From Candidatus Fermentibacteraceae bacterium (GTDB lineage Bacteria > Fermentibacterota > Fermentibacteria > Fermentibacterales > JCC-6), in the NCBI GenBank assembly GCA_041750285.1, contig JBGSZS010000019.1:128001-192000 (forward strand): a stretch of 64,000 bases of DNA, written 5' to 3'. The position numbers and the translations under genes are program-made. The first letter of the stretch is position 1. Every line of letters starts with the position of its first letter. Positions 1-9,719 of the stretch are shown in pieces. The notes below the pieces were generated by a model. The model did no database searches and had not been told where the DNA came from. It saw nothing but the letters and a program-made list of their open reading frames with translations.

Positions 1-609
1 TGCCCGTGGTGCGGAACATCCGACTACGAGGTCAGAACCAACTGCAGGAACTGCGGAGGTCCCCTTCCCGAAAGGGAAACCGCGGGAAACGGCCGGTACA
101 CGGAGATGCCCCTCAAGCCCCCACCTGCCCCGAGGGAGATCTCGAAGAACTACGTAAGGAAACTGATGCTTGGAAGCGGCTGGGGAGCCGCTGCGGCGAT
201 CTTCGCATTCATCGGGGGGATATTCTTCTTTGTCGGCCTTCTGTTGACCGCTCTCATCGTGACCGCGTTCGTTGGGATACCGTTCATCGGAATGGGTGCC
301 ATTTTCGGTGTGGCGGGTTCCATTGTTCTCAAGACGCAATACGACAAGGCAAGGAAGACGGTCGAGGTCCTGAGATCCGGCAATGATACCGAAGGCCTCG
401 TGACTGAAGTCGGGCAGAACATGATGGTGCGGATCAACGGCCGGAACCCCTACAACATCGACTACGAGTACCACGTCGATGGACGGCGCTTCACGGGAAG
501 CGTGCAGACCCTTCAGAATCCCCTGCAGGTCTTTCGCCCGGGAGGCAGGGCATGGGTTCTCTATTCACCCGGATCTCCGGAGACGAGCACCCTGTATCCC
601 CACCCCTGA
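1..609 (+). CDS. Zinc-ribbon + 2-TM + DUF3592-like membrane protein (5'-partial)
   Basis: Frame 1 is open from base 1 (CPWCG...CRNCGG zinc ribbon) and runs into the 106..609 ORF with a hydrophobic hairpin and a DUF3592-like 'G.V...YEY.VDG..F.G....VLY.P..P' domain. Confidence 0.65.
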   Translation, partial: CPWCGTSDYEVRTNCRNCGGPLPERETAGNGRYTEMPLKPPPAPREISKNYVRKLMLGSGWGAAAAIFAFIGGIFFFVGLLLTALIVTAFVGIPFIGMGAIFGVAGSIVLKTQYDKARKTVEVLRSGNDTEGLVTEVGQNMMVRINGRNPYNIDYEYHVDGRRFTGSVQTLQNPLQVFRPGGRAWVLYSPGSPETSTLYPHP

Positions 610-650
610 CCCGTTCCCCCAAGGCTCTCCTTCCGGGAAGTTCCCTGCAC

Positions 651-678
651 TTGTCCCTGTAATCTAATTTGCTATTCT
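651..678 (+). promoter_or_regulatory. Putative sigma70 promoter of pckA
   Basis: TTGTCC-N16-TATTCT with extended -10 TG, in an AT-rich intergenic patch. Confidence 0.45.
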
Positions 679-729
679 TCAAACCTTGCCGGTTCAAGCG
701 AACTGAAACGAACCTAAGGGGGTTGTTCG

Positions 730-2385
730 ATGCATCTGCTTGAGAATCTTGAGAATCTGCTTGAAAAACGCGGGGCAGCGGTCAGGGGGAATCTTTCCAG
801 AGAGGCCATGATCGGTTCCTCGGTGGAAAACCGTGATGTCATGGTCATGAAGTGCGGTGCCCTCGCCACCTGGACCAGACCCGAATCCTCGGGGCGGAGC
901 CCCAAGGATACGGTCATCGTCAAAAGACCCGGGAGCAGCGACCTTGTTGACTGGACCAGCCCGAACAACCTTCCGCTCGATCCGGAAACCTTCGACATGG
1001 TCTGGAATGATGCACTCGGCGTTCTGGAGGAAGTCCCGGGCATTTTCATCACCGACAGGGTTGTCGGCGCCGACCCCCGGTACGCCCTGCCGGTGAGGGT
1101 GGTCACCGACACCGCCCTTACGGCTCTTTTCACCGACAACATGTTCAGGCCGGTGCCGGAAGACATTCACAAGTCGGTTTTCAACACCAGACCCTACACC
1201 CTCGTCGTCCTTCCCAATCACAAGCTTGACCAGGTCCGCTACGCCGGGAGGCTGAGGAACGACCCGGCAGCGGGCGGCGCCTCCACAATGGTCGTCGCCA
1301 TGGACATGGACAGGATGCTGGGCATCGTTTATGGCAGCGCGTACTGCGGAAGCGTGAAGAAACTGATCTTCACCGTCATGAACTACCTGCTTCCGGCTGA
1401 AGGCGTGCTTCCACTGCACTGCAGCGCGAACGAGGGCCCGGACGGGAGCTGCGCCCTGATGCTGGGGCTGTCCGGAACGGGCAAGACAACACTCTCCGCA
1501 GATGCCTCCAGGGCACTTCTCGGTGATGATGAACATGGCTGGAGCGATCACGGGACCGCCAACTTCGAGTTCGGATGCTACGCCAAGCTGGTGGACCTTT
1601 CCGCGGAGAAGGAACCAGACATCTACAGGGCGTGTTTCCACGACGACGATTTCCTCCATCACGGCGCCATCATCGAGAACGTCATGGTCTACCCCGACGG
1701 AAGCTTCGACCTGTTCGACAAGAGGCTCACCGAGAACTCCCGTGGCAGCTACCCCCTGAGCTTCCTGCCCGGCATCAAGGAGTCGAGCACCGGCGGCCAC
1801 CCCCGCATAATCGTTTTCCTCACCGCCGACGCCAACGGAGTTATTCCTCCCATCTCAAAACTCACGATGAACCAGGCCATGTTCTGGTTCCTCATGGGTT
1901 ACACCAGCAAACTTGCGGGAACCGAAACGGGCATCGTGGAACCGGTGAGCACGTTCAGCCGTTTCTTCGGCGGACCCTTCATGCCGCTGAAGCCGGCGGT
2001 CTATGCGGGCATGCTTGGTGAAAAGCTCAAGGAGCATGACACCGAAGCCTTCCTTCTGAACACGGGATGGAGCGGCGGCCCCTTCGGCGTCGGGAAGCGC
2101 ATCAGCCTTCCCCTCACCAGGGCCATGCTGAACGCTGCCCTGAACGGAGAACTCCACAACGTGCCCTGCGTTCCCGACCCCTATTTCAAGGTTCTTGTTC
2201 CCCGGAGCTGCCCCGGCCTTCCCGACTGCGGGATGCTCAACCCGGGCAACACCTGGTCCGACCCCGAAGCCTACCACGAAAGGGCCTCGAAGCTGGCGGG
2301 CGAGTTCGCCGCGCATTTCCGCAAGGCTTACGGAACCAGCGACCTCGATGAAAGTATCATAAGGGAGTGCCCTGGCCTCAACTGA
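730..2385 (+). CDS. pckA: Phosphoenolpyruvate carboxykinase (ATP)
   Basis: GRSPKD, LHCSAN, GLSGTGKTTLS P-loop, GDDEHGW, NFEFGCYAK, TENSRGSYP, LNTGWSGG motifs; 551 aa. Confidence 0.97.
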   Translation: MHLLENLENLLEKRGAAVRGNLSREAMIGSSVENRDVMVMKCGALATWTRPESSGRSPKDTVIVKRPGSSDLVDWTSPNNLPLDPETFDMVWNDALGVLEEVPGIFITDRVVGADPRYALPVRVVTDTALTALFTDNMFRPVPEDIHKSVFNTRPYTLVVLPNHKLDQVRYAGRLRNDPAAGGASTMVVAMDMDRMLGIVYGSAYCGSVKKLIFTVMNYLLPAEGVLPLHCSANEGPDGSCALMLGLSGTGKTTLSADASRALLGDDEHGWSDHGTANFEFGCYAKLVDLSAEKEPDIYRACFHDDDFLHHGAIIENVMVYPDGSFDLFDKRLTENSRGSYPLSFLPGIKESSTGGHPRIIVFLTADANGVIPPISKLTMNQAMFWFLMGYTSKLAGTETGIVEPVSTFSRFFGGPFMPLKPAVYAGMLGEKLKEHDTEAFLLNTGWSGGPFGVGKRISLPLTRAMLNAALNGELHNVPCVPDPYFKVLVPRSCPGLPDCGMLNPGNTWSDPEAYHERASKLAGEFAAHFRKAYGTSDLDESIIRECPGLN

Positions 2386-2400
2386 CGGGATGGTTCCATT

Positions 2401-3750
2401 TTGCACGCACTGGCACTCACGGTCCTGCTGCTGACGGGGATTTTCAATTCGCTGGTTCCGCATCCGGGTGACCAGGAGGGCAAGGCCGCAGTGCCCACCT
2501 CCTACGGTTGCCTGGTGGCCGGGAACACCCCCTCCGGCGGAAGCGGCGACACCCAGGTTCTGCTCGCGGGCTTCGACCATGCAGGCGGGCTGCTCTGGGT
2601 CGATTCGCTGATAAGGGGACGAAGCTGCAACCTGATCTCCATGACCGCCGTCGAGGGGGGAATGGTAATCACGGGCTCCATGACCGAAGACGAAGTTGGC
2701 GTAATGGCAATGGCCCTGTTCGTGGACGAGAACGGACAGGTCCTCTGGGAGTACCGGAACAGGGTGAGCAACGAGCACTTCACCGCGGCGTGCCAGGGAA
2801 CCGACGGCACCATACTGTGCGCGGGTGGCACGACCAACGAGGGCGCAGGGGGGTTCGACGTGGTGATGGCCGCCATGGACCCGGACGGCACACTTCTCTG
2901 GAGGAGGACGCTGGGAACCGCGGACGAGGAGACCGCCCACCATGTCGCGCCCTGCTCGGACGGCGGCTACATCATCTCCGGGCTGGCCATGGGCTGGGGA
3001 GCAGGGCTGGGTGACTACTGGATCATCCGCACCGACTCCCAGGGTGACACGCTCTGGAGCACGACCTGCGGCGGACCCCAGTTCGACTACCCATGGAGGA
3101 CGGTCCAGCACGGCGACTGCTTCTACGTGACGGGTTCAACTCTTTCGTTCGGCATGGGCAGCTACGACTGGTGGGTCCTGAAACTCGACGACCAGGGGGG
3201 GATAGTCTGGGACACCGTCTGGGGCGGCAAGGGAACCGATACCAGCATGGCGCTGACCGTCAGTGAAGGCAGGGCTGTCGCGGCCGGTTACTCCGAACCC
3301 GAGACAGGCAGCATAGTCCAGACCGTCGTGCTCTTCGGCGGGGAGGATGGCGAAGTGCTGGATGAGTGGATCTACGACGCCGGCCTCGTCAGACAGATAA
3401 CGGAGTTGCCGGGGGGCGGGTTCCTGCTTGGCGGTTCTGGCGTTCTGATCGGCGAGGACGTAATGGCGAAGGAGATAGACGCTCAGGGCGGCTGCCCTCC
3501 GCTTGGCATCGAGGGAAGCGTGGCCCCGAACACCACGGCGCTCACACCCAACCCCGCCTGTGGATTGGCCCTGTTCAGAACCTCACCCGGCGCCACAGCG
3601 GTACAGGTGTTCGATCTGTCGGGCAGGCTGGTGTGGGAGGGCGTTCCCACCGATGGCTGCCTCCAGCTTGACGTGACCGGGTTCAGGACCGGCGTCTACC
3701 TGGTGTCCGACGGCGTGGCCCTGCCTTCAAGGCTCGTGGTCCTGAGGTGA
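2401..3750 (+). CDS. Secreted beta-propeller-like repeat protein with T9SS type-A-like C-terminal domain
   Basis: TTG start and signal peptide; repeated 'D.W....D..G...W....GG...D' units; C-terminal TPNP...VFDLSGRLV...GVYLV...RLVVLR. Confidence 0.75.
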   Translation: MHALALTVLLLTGIFNSLVPHPGDQEGKAAVPTSYGCLVAGNTPSGGSGDTQVLLAGFDHAGGLLWVDSLIRGRSCNLISMTAVEGGMVITGSMTEDEVGVMAMALFVDENGQVLWEYRNRVSNEHFTAACQGTDGTILCAGGTTNEGAGGFDVVMAAMDPDGTLLWRRTLGTADEETAHHVAPCSDGGYIISGLAMGWGAGLGDYWIIRTDSQGDTLWSTTCGGPQFDYPWRTVQHGDCFYVTGSTLSFGMGSYDWWVLKLDDQGGIVWDTVWGGKGTDTSMALTVSEGRAVAAGYSEPETGSIVQTVVLFGGEDGEVLDEWIYDAGLVRQITELPGGGFLLGGSGVLIGEDVMAKEIDAQGGCPPLGIEGSVAPNTTALTPNPACGLALFRTSPGATAVQVFDLSGRLVWEGVPTDGCLQLDVTGFRTGVYLVSDGVALPSRLVVLR

Positions 3751-3810
3751 ATCTTCCTGGTCGTTTTGGCATATTGAAGGCGGTCCTTGTTTCGAAGGAG
3801 GGATGAGACG

Positions 3811-4377
3811 ATGAAATTCACAGCGGTATTGTTTCTGGCGGCTGCGGCTCTCTTCGCCGGCGGCCATGGCGACAGGGCTTCCCTCAGTTTTTCGGTGGGA
3901 GCCGGTGTGCTTACTCCATGGCTTGCAAGCGAGGACACCCAGGTTGGGACGGGTTTCGGCGGGATGATCGGTGTCGAAACACCCATGACCCAGGGCAATC
4001 AGTTCGCCCTCAAGGCGGGGTTCTTCACCGCTGGAACCGACAACGAGGCCTTCAGCTCAGTGGCGTTCGTTCCCCTGACCCTGAGCTACCGGATGTACCC
4101 GTTCTACAGGCGCTACGCCGGCCCCCGGGGCATCGAACCCCTCATCGGCATCCATGCGGGCGGGGTCCTTGCCTGGGACAGCGCCGAGGGTGACGGCGAA
4201 AGCACTACCACCGGAGGCGGGATAATCGGTGCTGAACTGGGCGCCCGCATACCGTTCGGCTGGACCAACTACTTCGAGCTTTCAGCCATTGCGGACTTCA
4301 TGCCCCTGGGCGCATCCCTTGCCGGCGAGGAAAAGGAGTGCGGCGCTCTCAGGCTAATGGCTTCGGTGGTGTTCTAG
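3811..4377 (+). CDS. Outer-membrane beta-barrel protein (OmpW/OmpA-TM-like)
   Basis: GGAGGG RBS, signal peptide, amphipathic strands, C-terminal Phe (LRLMASVVF). Confidence 0.65.
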   Translation: MKFTAVLFLAAAALFAGGHGDRASLSFSVGAGVLTPWLASEDTQVGTGFGGMIGVETPMTQGNQFALKAGFFTAGTDNEAFSSVAFVPLTLSYRMYPFYRRYAGPRGIEPLIGIHAGGVLAWDSAEGDGESTTTGGGIIGAELGARIPFGWTNYFELSAIADFMPLGASLAGEEKECGALRLMASVVF

Positions 4378-4421
4378 ACCAATCGCAGCCGTTATCGATG
4401 TTCCAGGAACGGGGTGTGCCG

Positions 4422-5303
4422 ATGGGAAGTGACCCGCAGAGCCAGTGGCGAATTGAGTTCGCCCGCGAGATCGCTGCGGTTTACGCCGGGCGAAAAGGCG
4501 TCAGGACGATCGTTCTGGGGGGTTCACCGTCCCGGGGGCTCTCCGACGAATACTCCGACCTGGACATCGTGGTCTACTGGGACGTGATGGACCGTGAATT
4601 CATCTCGGGAGCGCCTTTGGCCGGGTATGGAGGAAAGGTCGGCCTTCAGGTCAGGGAGCCTGACGGCACGATCCGGATGGAGCTTTATATTTTCGGCACA
4701 CTGATAGTCGAGGTCGGGCATATCACAGTTGCTGAATGGGAAGGGATGCTCGACGAAGTTCTGGCAAAGAACAGCTTCTACCCCCACGACATCAAATCCA
4801 TCGGCGGTTTTCGAGACGCTTTGCCGCTTTACGCCCCCGGAGCCTACGACGGTCTTCGGCGGCGCGTTTCGGAGATGCCCCGCGGCACGGCGGTGAAGCT
4901 CGTTTCGATGAACCTTGGGTTTTTCTGGCCGGGGTGCATACTGAACCAGGGGGTCAGGCGGAACGAGACCGTCTTCTACCACGATGCCTTCTGCATGACT
5001 GTGAAACGTCTCGTCGGGATACTGGCGGGACTGAACCATCACTTCGCCAGCCCCGTGGAGCCCAGATGGCTCGACTACGAGCTGGCCCGGATGGCACTCA
5101 AACCTCCCGACATGTGGCCCAGGATATGCTCGCTCTTCACGCTGCCGCCTGAAGAAGCCGTGGAAGTGCTGGAAGCCATGAAGGACGAGGTCATCGGCCT
5201 GGTCCGCGAACACATGCCGGAAGTCGACATGACCAGGTACGACGAAAGCAACGCCCTTCTGATACAGTCGACCACTGAGAAGCCGGTACTGAAGCGGGGT
5301 TGA
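4422..5303 (+). CDS. Nucleotidyltransferase domain protein (Pol-beta superfamily, DUF4037-like)
   Basis: GGSPSRGLSDEYSDLD = GS...DxD NTase motif followed by a helical C-terminal domain. Confidence 0.7.
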   Translation: MGSDPQSQWRIEFAREIAAVYAGRKGVRTIVLGGSPSRGLSDEYSDLDIVVYWDVMDREFISGAPLAGYGGKVGLQVREPDGTIRMELYIFGTLIVEVGHITVAEWEGMLDEVLAKNSFYPHDIKSIGGFRDALPLYAPGAYDGLRRRVSEMPRGTAVKLVSMNLGFFWPGCILNQGVRRNETVFYHDAFCMTVKRLVGILAGLNHHFASPVEPRWLDYELARMALKPPDMWPRICSLFTLPPEEAVEVLEAMKDEVIGLVREHMPEVDMTRYDESNALLIQSTTEKPVLKRG

Positions 5304-5305
5304 GC

Positions 5306-6391
5306 CTATCTTTCCGGCCCGGTTCCGGAACCCAGCACCGACGCCCCGAGCTGGCCGCAGGCGCCCTGCACATCCGAGCCCCGTGACTTTCTGAGAGTGA
5401 CGGCAGGGCAGCGGGGGAAGAGGCGGGCCATGAATGAGCTCACTGCGCGTTCATCTGGCCTTTTCCATGGGAGGCCGGTTACCCGGTTGTAGAGCAGCAG
5501 GTTTATCTTGCAGGGCAGCCCCTGGGCGAAGTCGGCCAGGGCGTCGGCCTCCCGTTCCGAATCGTTGACCCCGGCGATCAGGCAGTATTCGAGGGTGACC
5601 CTTCTTCCAACGGCATCGGTCCAGGCCATGAGACTCTGCTTGAGCTGGTGCAGGCTTGTGGCCGAGGCAGCGGGGACCAGCATCTCCCTGGTCTTCGCAA
5701 CTGCGCTGTGGAGTGAGAGGGCCAGGCCGTACTGTCTTTCCAGTCTGGACAGCCTCTCTATCCCGTTGGGAAGCCCTATGGTGGAGATGGTGATCTTCCT
5801 CTGGCCTATGCAGATCCCCGAATCGTGGCTTATCACAAGAAGTGCCGGAAGCACCTGGTCGAGGTTGTCGAGCGGCTCGCCCATGCCCATGAGCACGACG
5901 TTCGATATCCTCTCCTGCGAGGCTTTCCTCAGTGCGTAGAGCTGGGCCGTTATCTCATGCGAGGAGAGGTTCCGCCTGAAGCCGACCTGCCCCGTCATGC
6001 AGAAGGCGCACTTCATTCTGCACCCGACCTGGGTGGAGAGGCAAGCCGTAAGCCTTGGAGGTTCGGGGATCAGGACCGATTCGGCCACCAGACCGTCAGG
6101 GAGCCTCAGAAGGAACCTCTGTGTGCCGTCATTGCCGTCGGCCCTTTCGATGGTTTCGAGGACGGTAAGGGCGGCGCACTCGGAAAGCCTTTCCCGGAGT
6201 GCCTTCGGGATGTCCGTCATGTCGTTTACCGACTCCGCGCCCCTGTGATGGATCCAGGAGAAGAGCTGCCTGGCCCTGAACGGTCGTTCGAGAAGCTCTC
6301 CCGCCACCCAGTCCTGCAATTCCTCCCACGGCATGCCCGTGAGGTGCTGGACCGGGGTATATTTGGATTCATCAGCCCTGTTCATGGTCAT
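5306..6391 (-). CDS. rlmN: 23S rRNA m2A2503 / tRNA methyltransferase RlmN (radical SAM)
   Basis: STQVGCRMKCAFC, MGMGEPL, SLHS, GACGQL motifs; start may be 6385. Confidence 0.95.
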   Translation of the reverse strand: MTMNRADESKYTPVQHLTGMPWEELQDWVAGELLERPFRARQLFSWIHHRGAESVNDMTDIPKALRERLSECAALTVLETIERADGNDGTQRFLLRLPDGLVAESVLIPEPPRLTACLSTQVGCRMKCAFCMTGQVGFRRNLSSHEITAQLYALRKASQERISNVVLMGMGEPLDNLDQVLPALLVISHDSGICIGQRKITISTIGLPNGIERLSRLERQYGLALSLHSAVAKTREMLVPAASATSLHQLKQSLMAWTDAVGRRVTLEYCLIAGVNDSEREADALADFAQGLPCKINLLLYNRVTGLPWKRPDERAVSSFMARLFPRCPAVTLRKSRGSDVQGACGQLGASVLGSGTGPER

Positions 6392-6406
6392 GATGGAGGA
6401 AAGATA

Positions 6407-7264
6407 ATGGCAAAGCGTATCGGCATCATAGGAGGAAGCGGCCTCTATTCCATTCCCGGCATTACCGTGAAGGGAGTGGAGATGGTGGAGACGCCCTTTG
6501 GAGAACCGTCATCACCGGTGGTGCTTGGGGAACTGCATGGGGTGGAGACCGCGTTCATGGCCAGACACGGCGAAGGCCACAGATACACCCCTTCCGAGGT
6601 TCCCTACGCCGCCAACATCTACGCGCTCAAGTCCCTGGGGGTCGAAACGCTCATCAGTTTCAGCGCCGTGGGAAGCCTGCGGGAAGAGATAGCCCCCAGG
6701 CATTTCGTGGTGCCGGACCAGTTGTTCGACAGGACGCTCGGGGACCGGAGGAACACCTTCTTCGGCCGGGGCGCAGTGGCCCATGCCTCGTTCGGAGACC
6801 CGTTCTGTCCGGCACTGCGTGGTATTCTCACCCGGGCTGCCGAGTCCGCCGGGGCGGTCGTTCACTCCGGCGGAACCCTCGTTGTCATGGAGGGCCCGGC
6901 GTTCAGCACCAGGGCTGAGAGCAATTTCTACAGGTCCATCGGTGCCTCGGTAATCGGCATGACCGCCCTGCCCGAGGCCAAGCTGGCACGGGAAGCCGGA
7001 ATCTGTTACGCCACAATCGCCATGAGCACCGACTACGACTGCTGGCGCGAGGCAGGCGAGGAAGTCACGGGCGCCATGGTGTTCCAGGTCATGCAGGACA
7101 ATGCGGCCATGGCCCTTGACGTGCTCGGAAAGGCCCTTGCCCTTCTTGGAGGTTCCGGTACCGGTTTTCAGTGCAACTGCAGGGAACCGCTGGGCGTGGT
7201 CACAGGTCACGACAAACGCGACGGCGAACTGATGAACTCGCTGGAAGTGGTTCTGAGGCGCTGA
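6407..7264 (+). CDS. mtnP: S-methyl-5'-thioadenosine phosphorylase
   Basis: GGAGGA RBS; IGIIGGSG, RHGEGH, EGPAFSTRAES, GMTALPEAKLAREA, TDYDCW motifs. Confidence 0.93.
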   Translation: MAKRIGIIGGSGLYSIPGITVKGVEMVETPFGEPSSPVVLGELHGVETAFMARHGEGHRYTPSEVPYAANIYALKSLGVETLISFSAVGSLREEIAPRHFVVPDQLFDRTLGDRRNTFFGRGAVAHASFGDPFCPALRGILTRAAESAGAVVHSGGTLVVMEGPAFSTRAESNFYRSIGASVIGMTALPEAKLAREAGICYATIAMSTDYDCWREAGEEVTGAMVFQVMQDNAAMALDVLGKALALLGGSGTGFQCNCREPLGVVTGHDKRDGELMNSLEVVLRR

Positions 7265-8172
7265 TGACGACTGTTGGGGAGCTTGGGGAGAGGGGTCTCG
7301 TAAGGCTTCTGAGAAGCGAGCTGGGGCTTGACCTGGCCGGTGATGACGGCGCAGTGCTTCCCGGCATCCCTTCCCCTGTTGTGACAGTCGACTCGTACTT
7401 CGAGGGGGTTCACTTCCACAGGTGGTGGTGTGCACCGGAACGGCTGGGTCGAAGGCTTCTTGAGGCCACCCTTTCCGACCTGGCGGCCATGGGTGCGGAA
7501 CCACTGTGGTCATTTGCCGCGATCAACCTTCCCCCCGATATGGAGGTGGACTGGTTGCTGGGTTTCTACAGGGGACTGACTGGGCGTCCTGAATGCCGGC
7601 TGGCGGGGGGGGAGACAATCCGGGGCGAAAGTTTCGGCATCACGCTGACAGCCATCGGCTCTCTGGATGGGGCTCCACTTCTGCGCTCGGCTGCCGTTCC
7701 CGGCGAGGCCCTGTTCGTGACGGGCCCGCTCGGGCGAACCCTTTCCTCCCCCCGGCTTCTCGACGAATCGAGGGAAAGGATTCTGTCTCCCCTTGAAACG
7801 GAACACGTAAGGCTTTTCCTTGAGCCCCGGGCCAGGTTCGACGCCTCACGGGTCATCCGCGCGGCGGGGTGCCGTTGCGCCATAGACATATCCGACGGGC
7901 TTTCAAGCGAAGCGGCGCACATCGCCTGCGAAAGCGCTGTAAGGGTCTGTGTTTCACCCGAAAGCGTTCCCCTGGTGCCCTATGCCGCCGGGAGACCGGA
8001 AGAGGCGTTTCGTGCCGGCGAGGACTACGAGCTGCTGTTTACCGCAAGGGCGGAAAGCGTTTTTCCGGGGTGTTTCCGGATCGGGTGGATCGAGGAGGGG
8101 GAAGGAGTGGTGCTTGTTTACCCCGACGGCCGCACCCGGCCCCCCGGCGAGGGTTACGACCACTTCACCTGA
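7264..8172 (+). CDS. thiL: Thiamine-monophosphate kinase
   Basis: GDDGA, EGVHF, LSDLAAMGA, IDISDGL, GEDYELLFT, GYDHF; TGATG coupling to mtnP. Confidence 0.92.
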   Translation: MTTVGELGERGLVRLLRSELGLDLAGDDGAVLPGIPSPVVTVDSYFEGVHFHRWWCAPERLGRRLLEATLSDLAAMGAEPLWSFAAINLPPDMEVDWLLGFYRGLTGRPECRLAGGETIRGESFGITLTAIGSLDGAPLLRSAAVPGEALFVTGPLGRTLSSPRLLDESRERILSPLETEHVRLFLEPRARFDASRVIRAAGCRCAIDISDGLSSEAAHIACESAVRVCVSPESVPLVPYAAGRPEEAFRAGEDYELLFTARAESVFPGCFRIGWIEEGEGVVLVYPDGRTRPPGEGYDHFT

Positions 8173-9712
8173 CCGGATTCGACCCGTGTGTGATGAGATG
8201 GAACCCAGGCATCGAGTAATCCAGCACAAGGGTGTATCGCGAAAGGATACCGCTTCCCAGGATGCCGTCGTAGCGGGAAAGGGCCCCCGTGTCATCAAAG
8301 ACCGACGCTTCGCCGCACGGGATGGTGGCGCCCGCAAGAGTAAGCGATTCCACCTGCAGAAGCCTGACCGTTCCACTGCCGCCAACCGCTTCGACCCGGG
8401 ATTCGCGGTACGGTCTTTCCGTGAGCTCTCCGCCCCTGCTCTCCATGAAAGTGCGGGTGAGGTGGAGTGAGCCCCCGGCACCAGTGTCCAGAAGCAGGGT
8501 CACGGGTATGCTGTCCTCGATGACGGCCTCGAACGAGATCAGGCTCATCGAGAGTTCGCCCTGAACCCGGAGCGCGCCCGGAGGAGGGGTGTATTCGCCG
8601 GGCCGGTGAAGCGTGAGGGTGCCTGCGGGGTAGTCGATCTCGGTGACGAACCTGCTGAGGAAGTCATACCCCAGTATCATGTCAATGCTCCTGCCCGTGG
8701 CGGGAAGGAATGCGTCGCGGATGGGGAGAACCGCCGGCATCTGGCCCCTCAGGATGGCGCCCGCGACCTCGTAGCTGTCGACCGGGGCGAAGGAGAACTC
8801 CTGCGAGCCTCCCAGACCCTGTGCTCTGAAAGCCCCTTCCGAAAGCAGCCCCAGTTCCAGGGCGAAGGCACTGTCGAGCAGGGTGGCACCGGCACCGCTG
8901 TCGAGCACGGCCAGGGCTTCCCGGCCGTTGACCCTTGCGGATAGATATATGTGACCGCCGTGAAGCTGGAACTGCTCGGGTGTTCCTGATAACGTGAGCT
9001 GCCAGTCCGGGGCGCCGGGTATCAGCGAGAAGATGCTGTCGTGAAACAGGTGGGCGGTGTTGAACTCGGTCAGGATGTTCCTGCTGGTGCTCTCCATGCC
9101 CATTTCCGGCAGAACGTCCCTGGTGGAGAGGGCGATCGTCACCCCGTCGACCGTGGTGAAGTCTTCGGGGTACTGAACCATCGTCATGCCCATGGCTGTG
9201 GTGATCAGGGCAACGGGCAGTCCCGACTCGCACGAGATGCAGTAGACCACCGGTGTCCCGAGATCGAGCAGTACGAGGGAAACCCTTTTTCCCTCGACCA
9301 GCGAGTCACCAAGGTACTCGAGGTTTTCATCCTCCAGGAAAGCGCTGTTGAAGACCGTTGCCCTGGCGCTTTCCAGCTGCGAAAGACCGTCCTGACCGGC
9401 CGGGGCCAGATTGCCGTTCCTGTCGAGGCTCCAGACGCTGTCGCCCAGGAAGAGCATGTTCTGCTCGACAGGACCCAGTGATACCCTCACCCTTCCCATG
9501 AAGGGCTCCCTGACCCACCACGCCTCGCTCAGCCCCGAAAGCCCGGCCATGTTCAGGCTGTCCACGGTGTGCACGGACTGGATCCCCTCGAGGGCCTCCC
9601 GTCCTCCCAGTGCGTTCAGGTACGATTCGACCGTGCCGTTGAGATCGTTGCCTGCCGGTCCCGAGCAGCACGTCATGGTGAAAAGGGCTGAAAGCCCTGC
9701 GGTTCTCAGCAA
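8165..9712 (-). CDS. Secreted/lipoprotein retropepsin-like aspartyl protease with two catalytic lobes and an N-terminal LolA-like domain
   Basis: LDSGAG...ILGYDFL and LDTGAG...GILGSGIL motifs; N-terminal 'YLNALGG...L' domain; TTG start. Confidence 0.8.
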   Translation of the reverse strand: MLRTAGLSALFTMTCCSGPAGNDLNGTVESYLNALGGREALEGIQSVHTVDSLNMAGLSGLSEAWWVREPFMGRVRVSLGPVEQNMLFLGDSVWSLDRNGNLAPAGQDGLSQLESARATVFNSAFLEDENLEYLGDSLVEGKRVSLVLLDLGTPVVYCISCESGLPVALITTAMGMTMVQYPEDFTTVDGVTIALSTRDVLPEMGMESTSRNILTEFNTAHLFHDSIFSLIPGAPDWQLTLSGTPEQFQLHGGHIYLSARVNGREALAVLDSGAGATLLDSAFALELGLLSEGAFRAQGLGGSQEFSFAPVDSYEVAGAILRGQMPAVLPIRDAFLPATGRSIDMILGYDFLSRFVTEIDYPAGTLTLHRPGEYTPPPGALRVQGELSMSLISFEAVIEDSIPVTLLLDTGAGGSLHLTRTFMESRGGELTERPYRESRVEAVGGSGTVRLLQVESLTLAGATIPCGEASVFDDTGALSRYDGILGSGILSRYTLVLDYSMPGFHLITHGSNPVR

Positions 9713-9719
9713 CGCAGCC

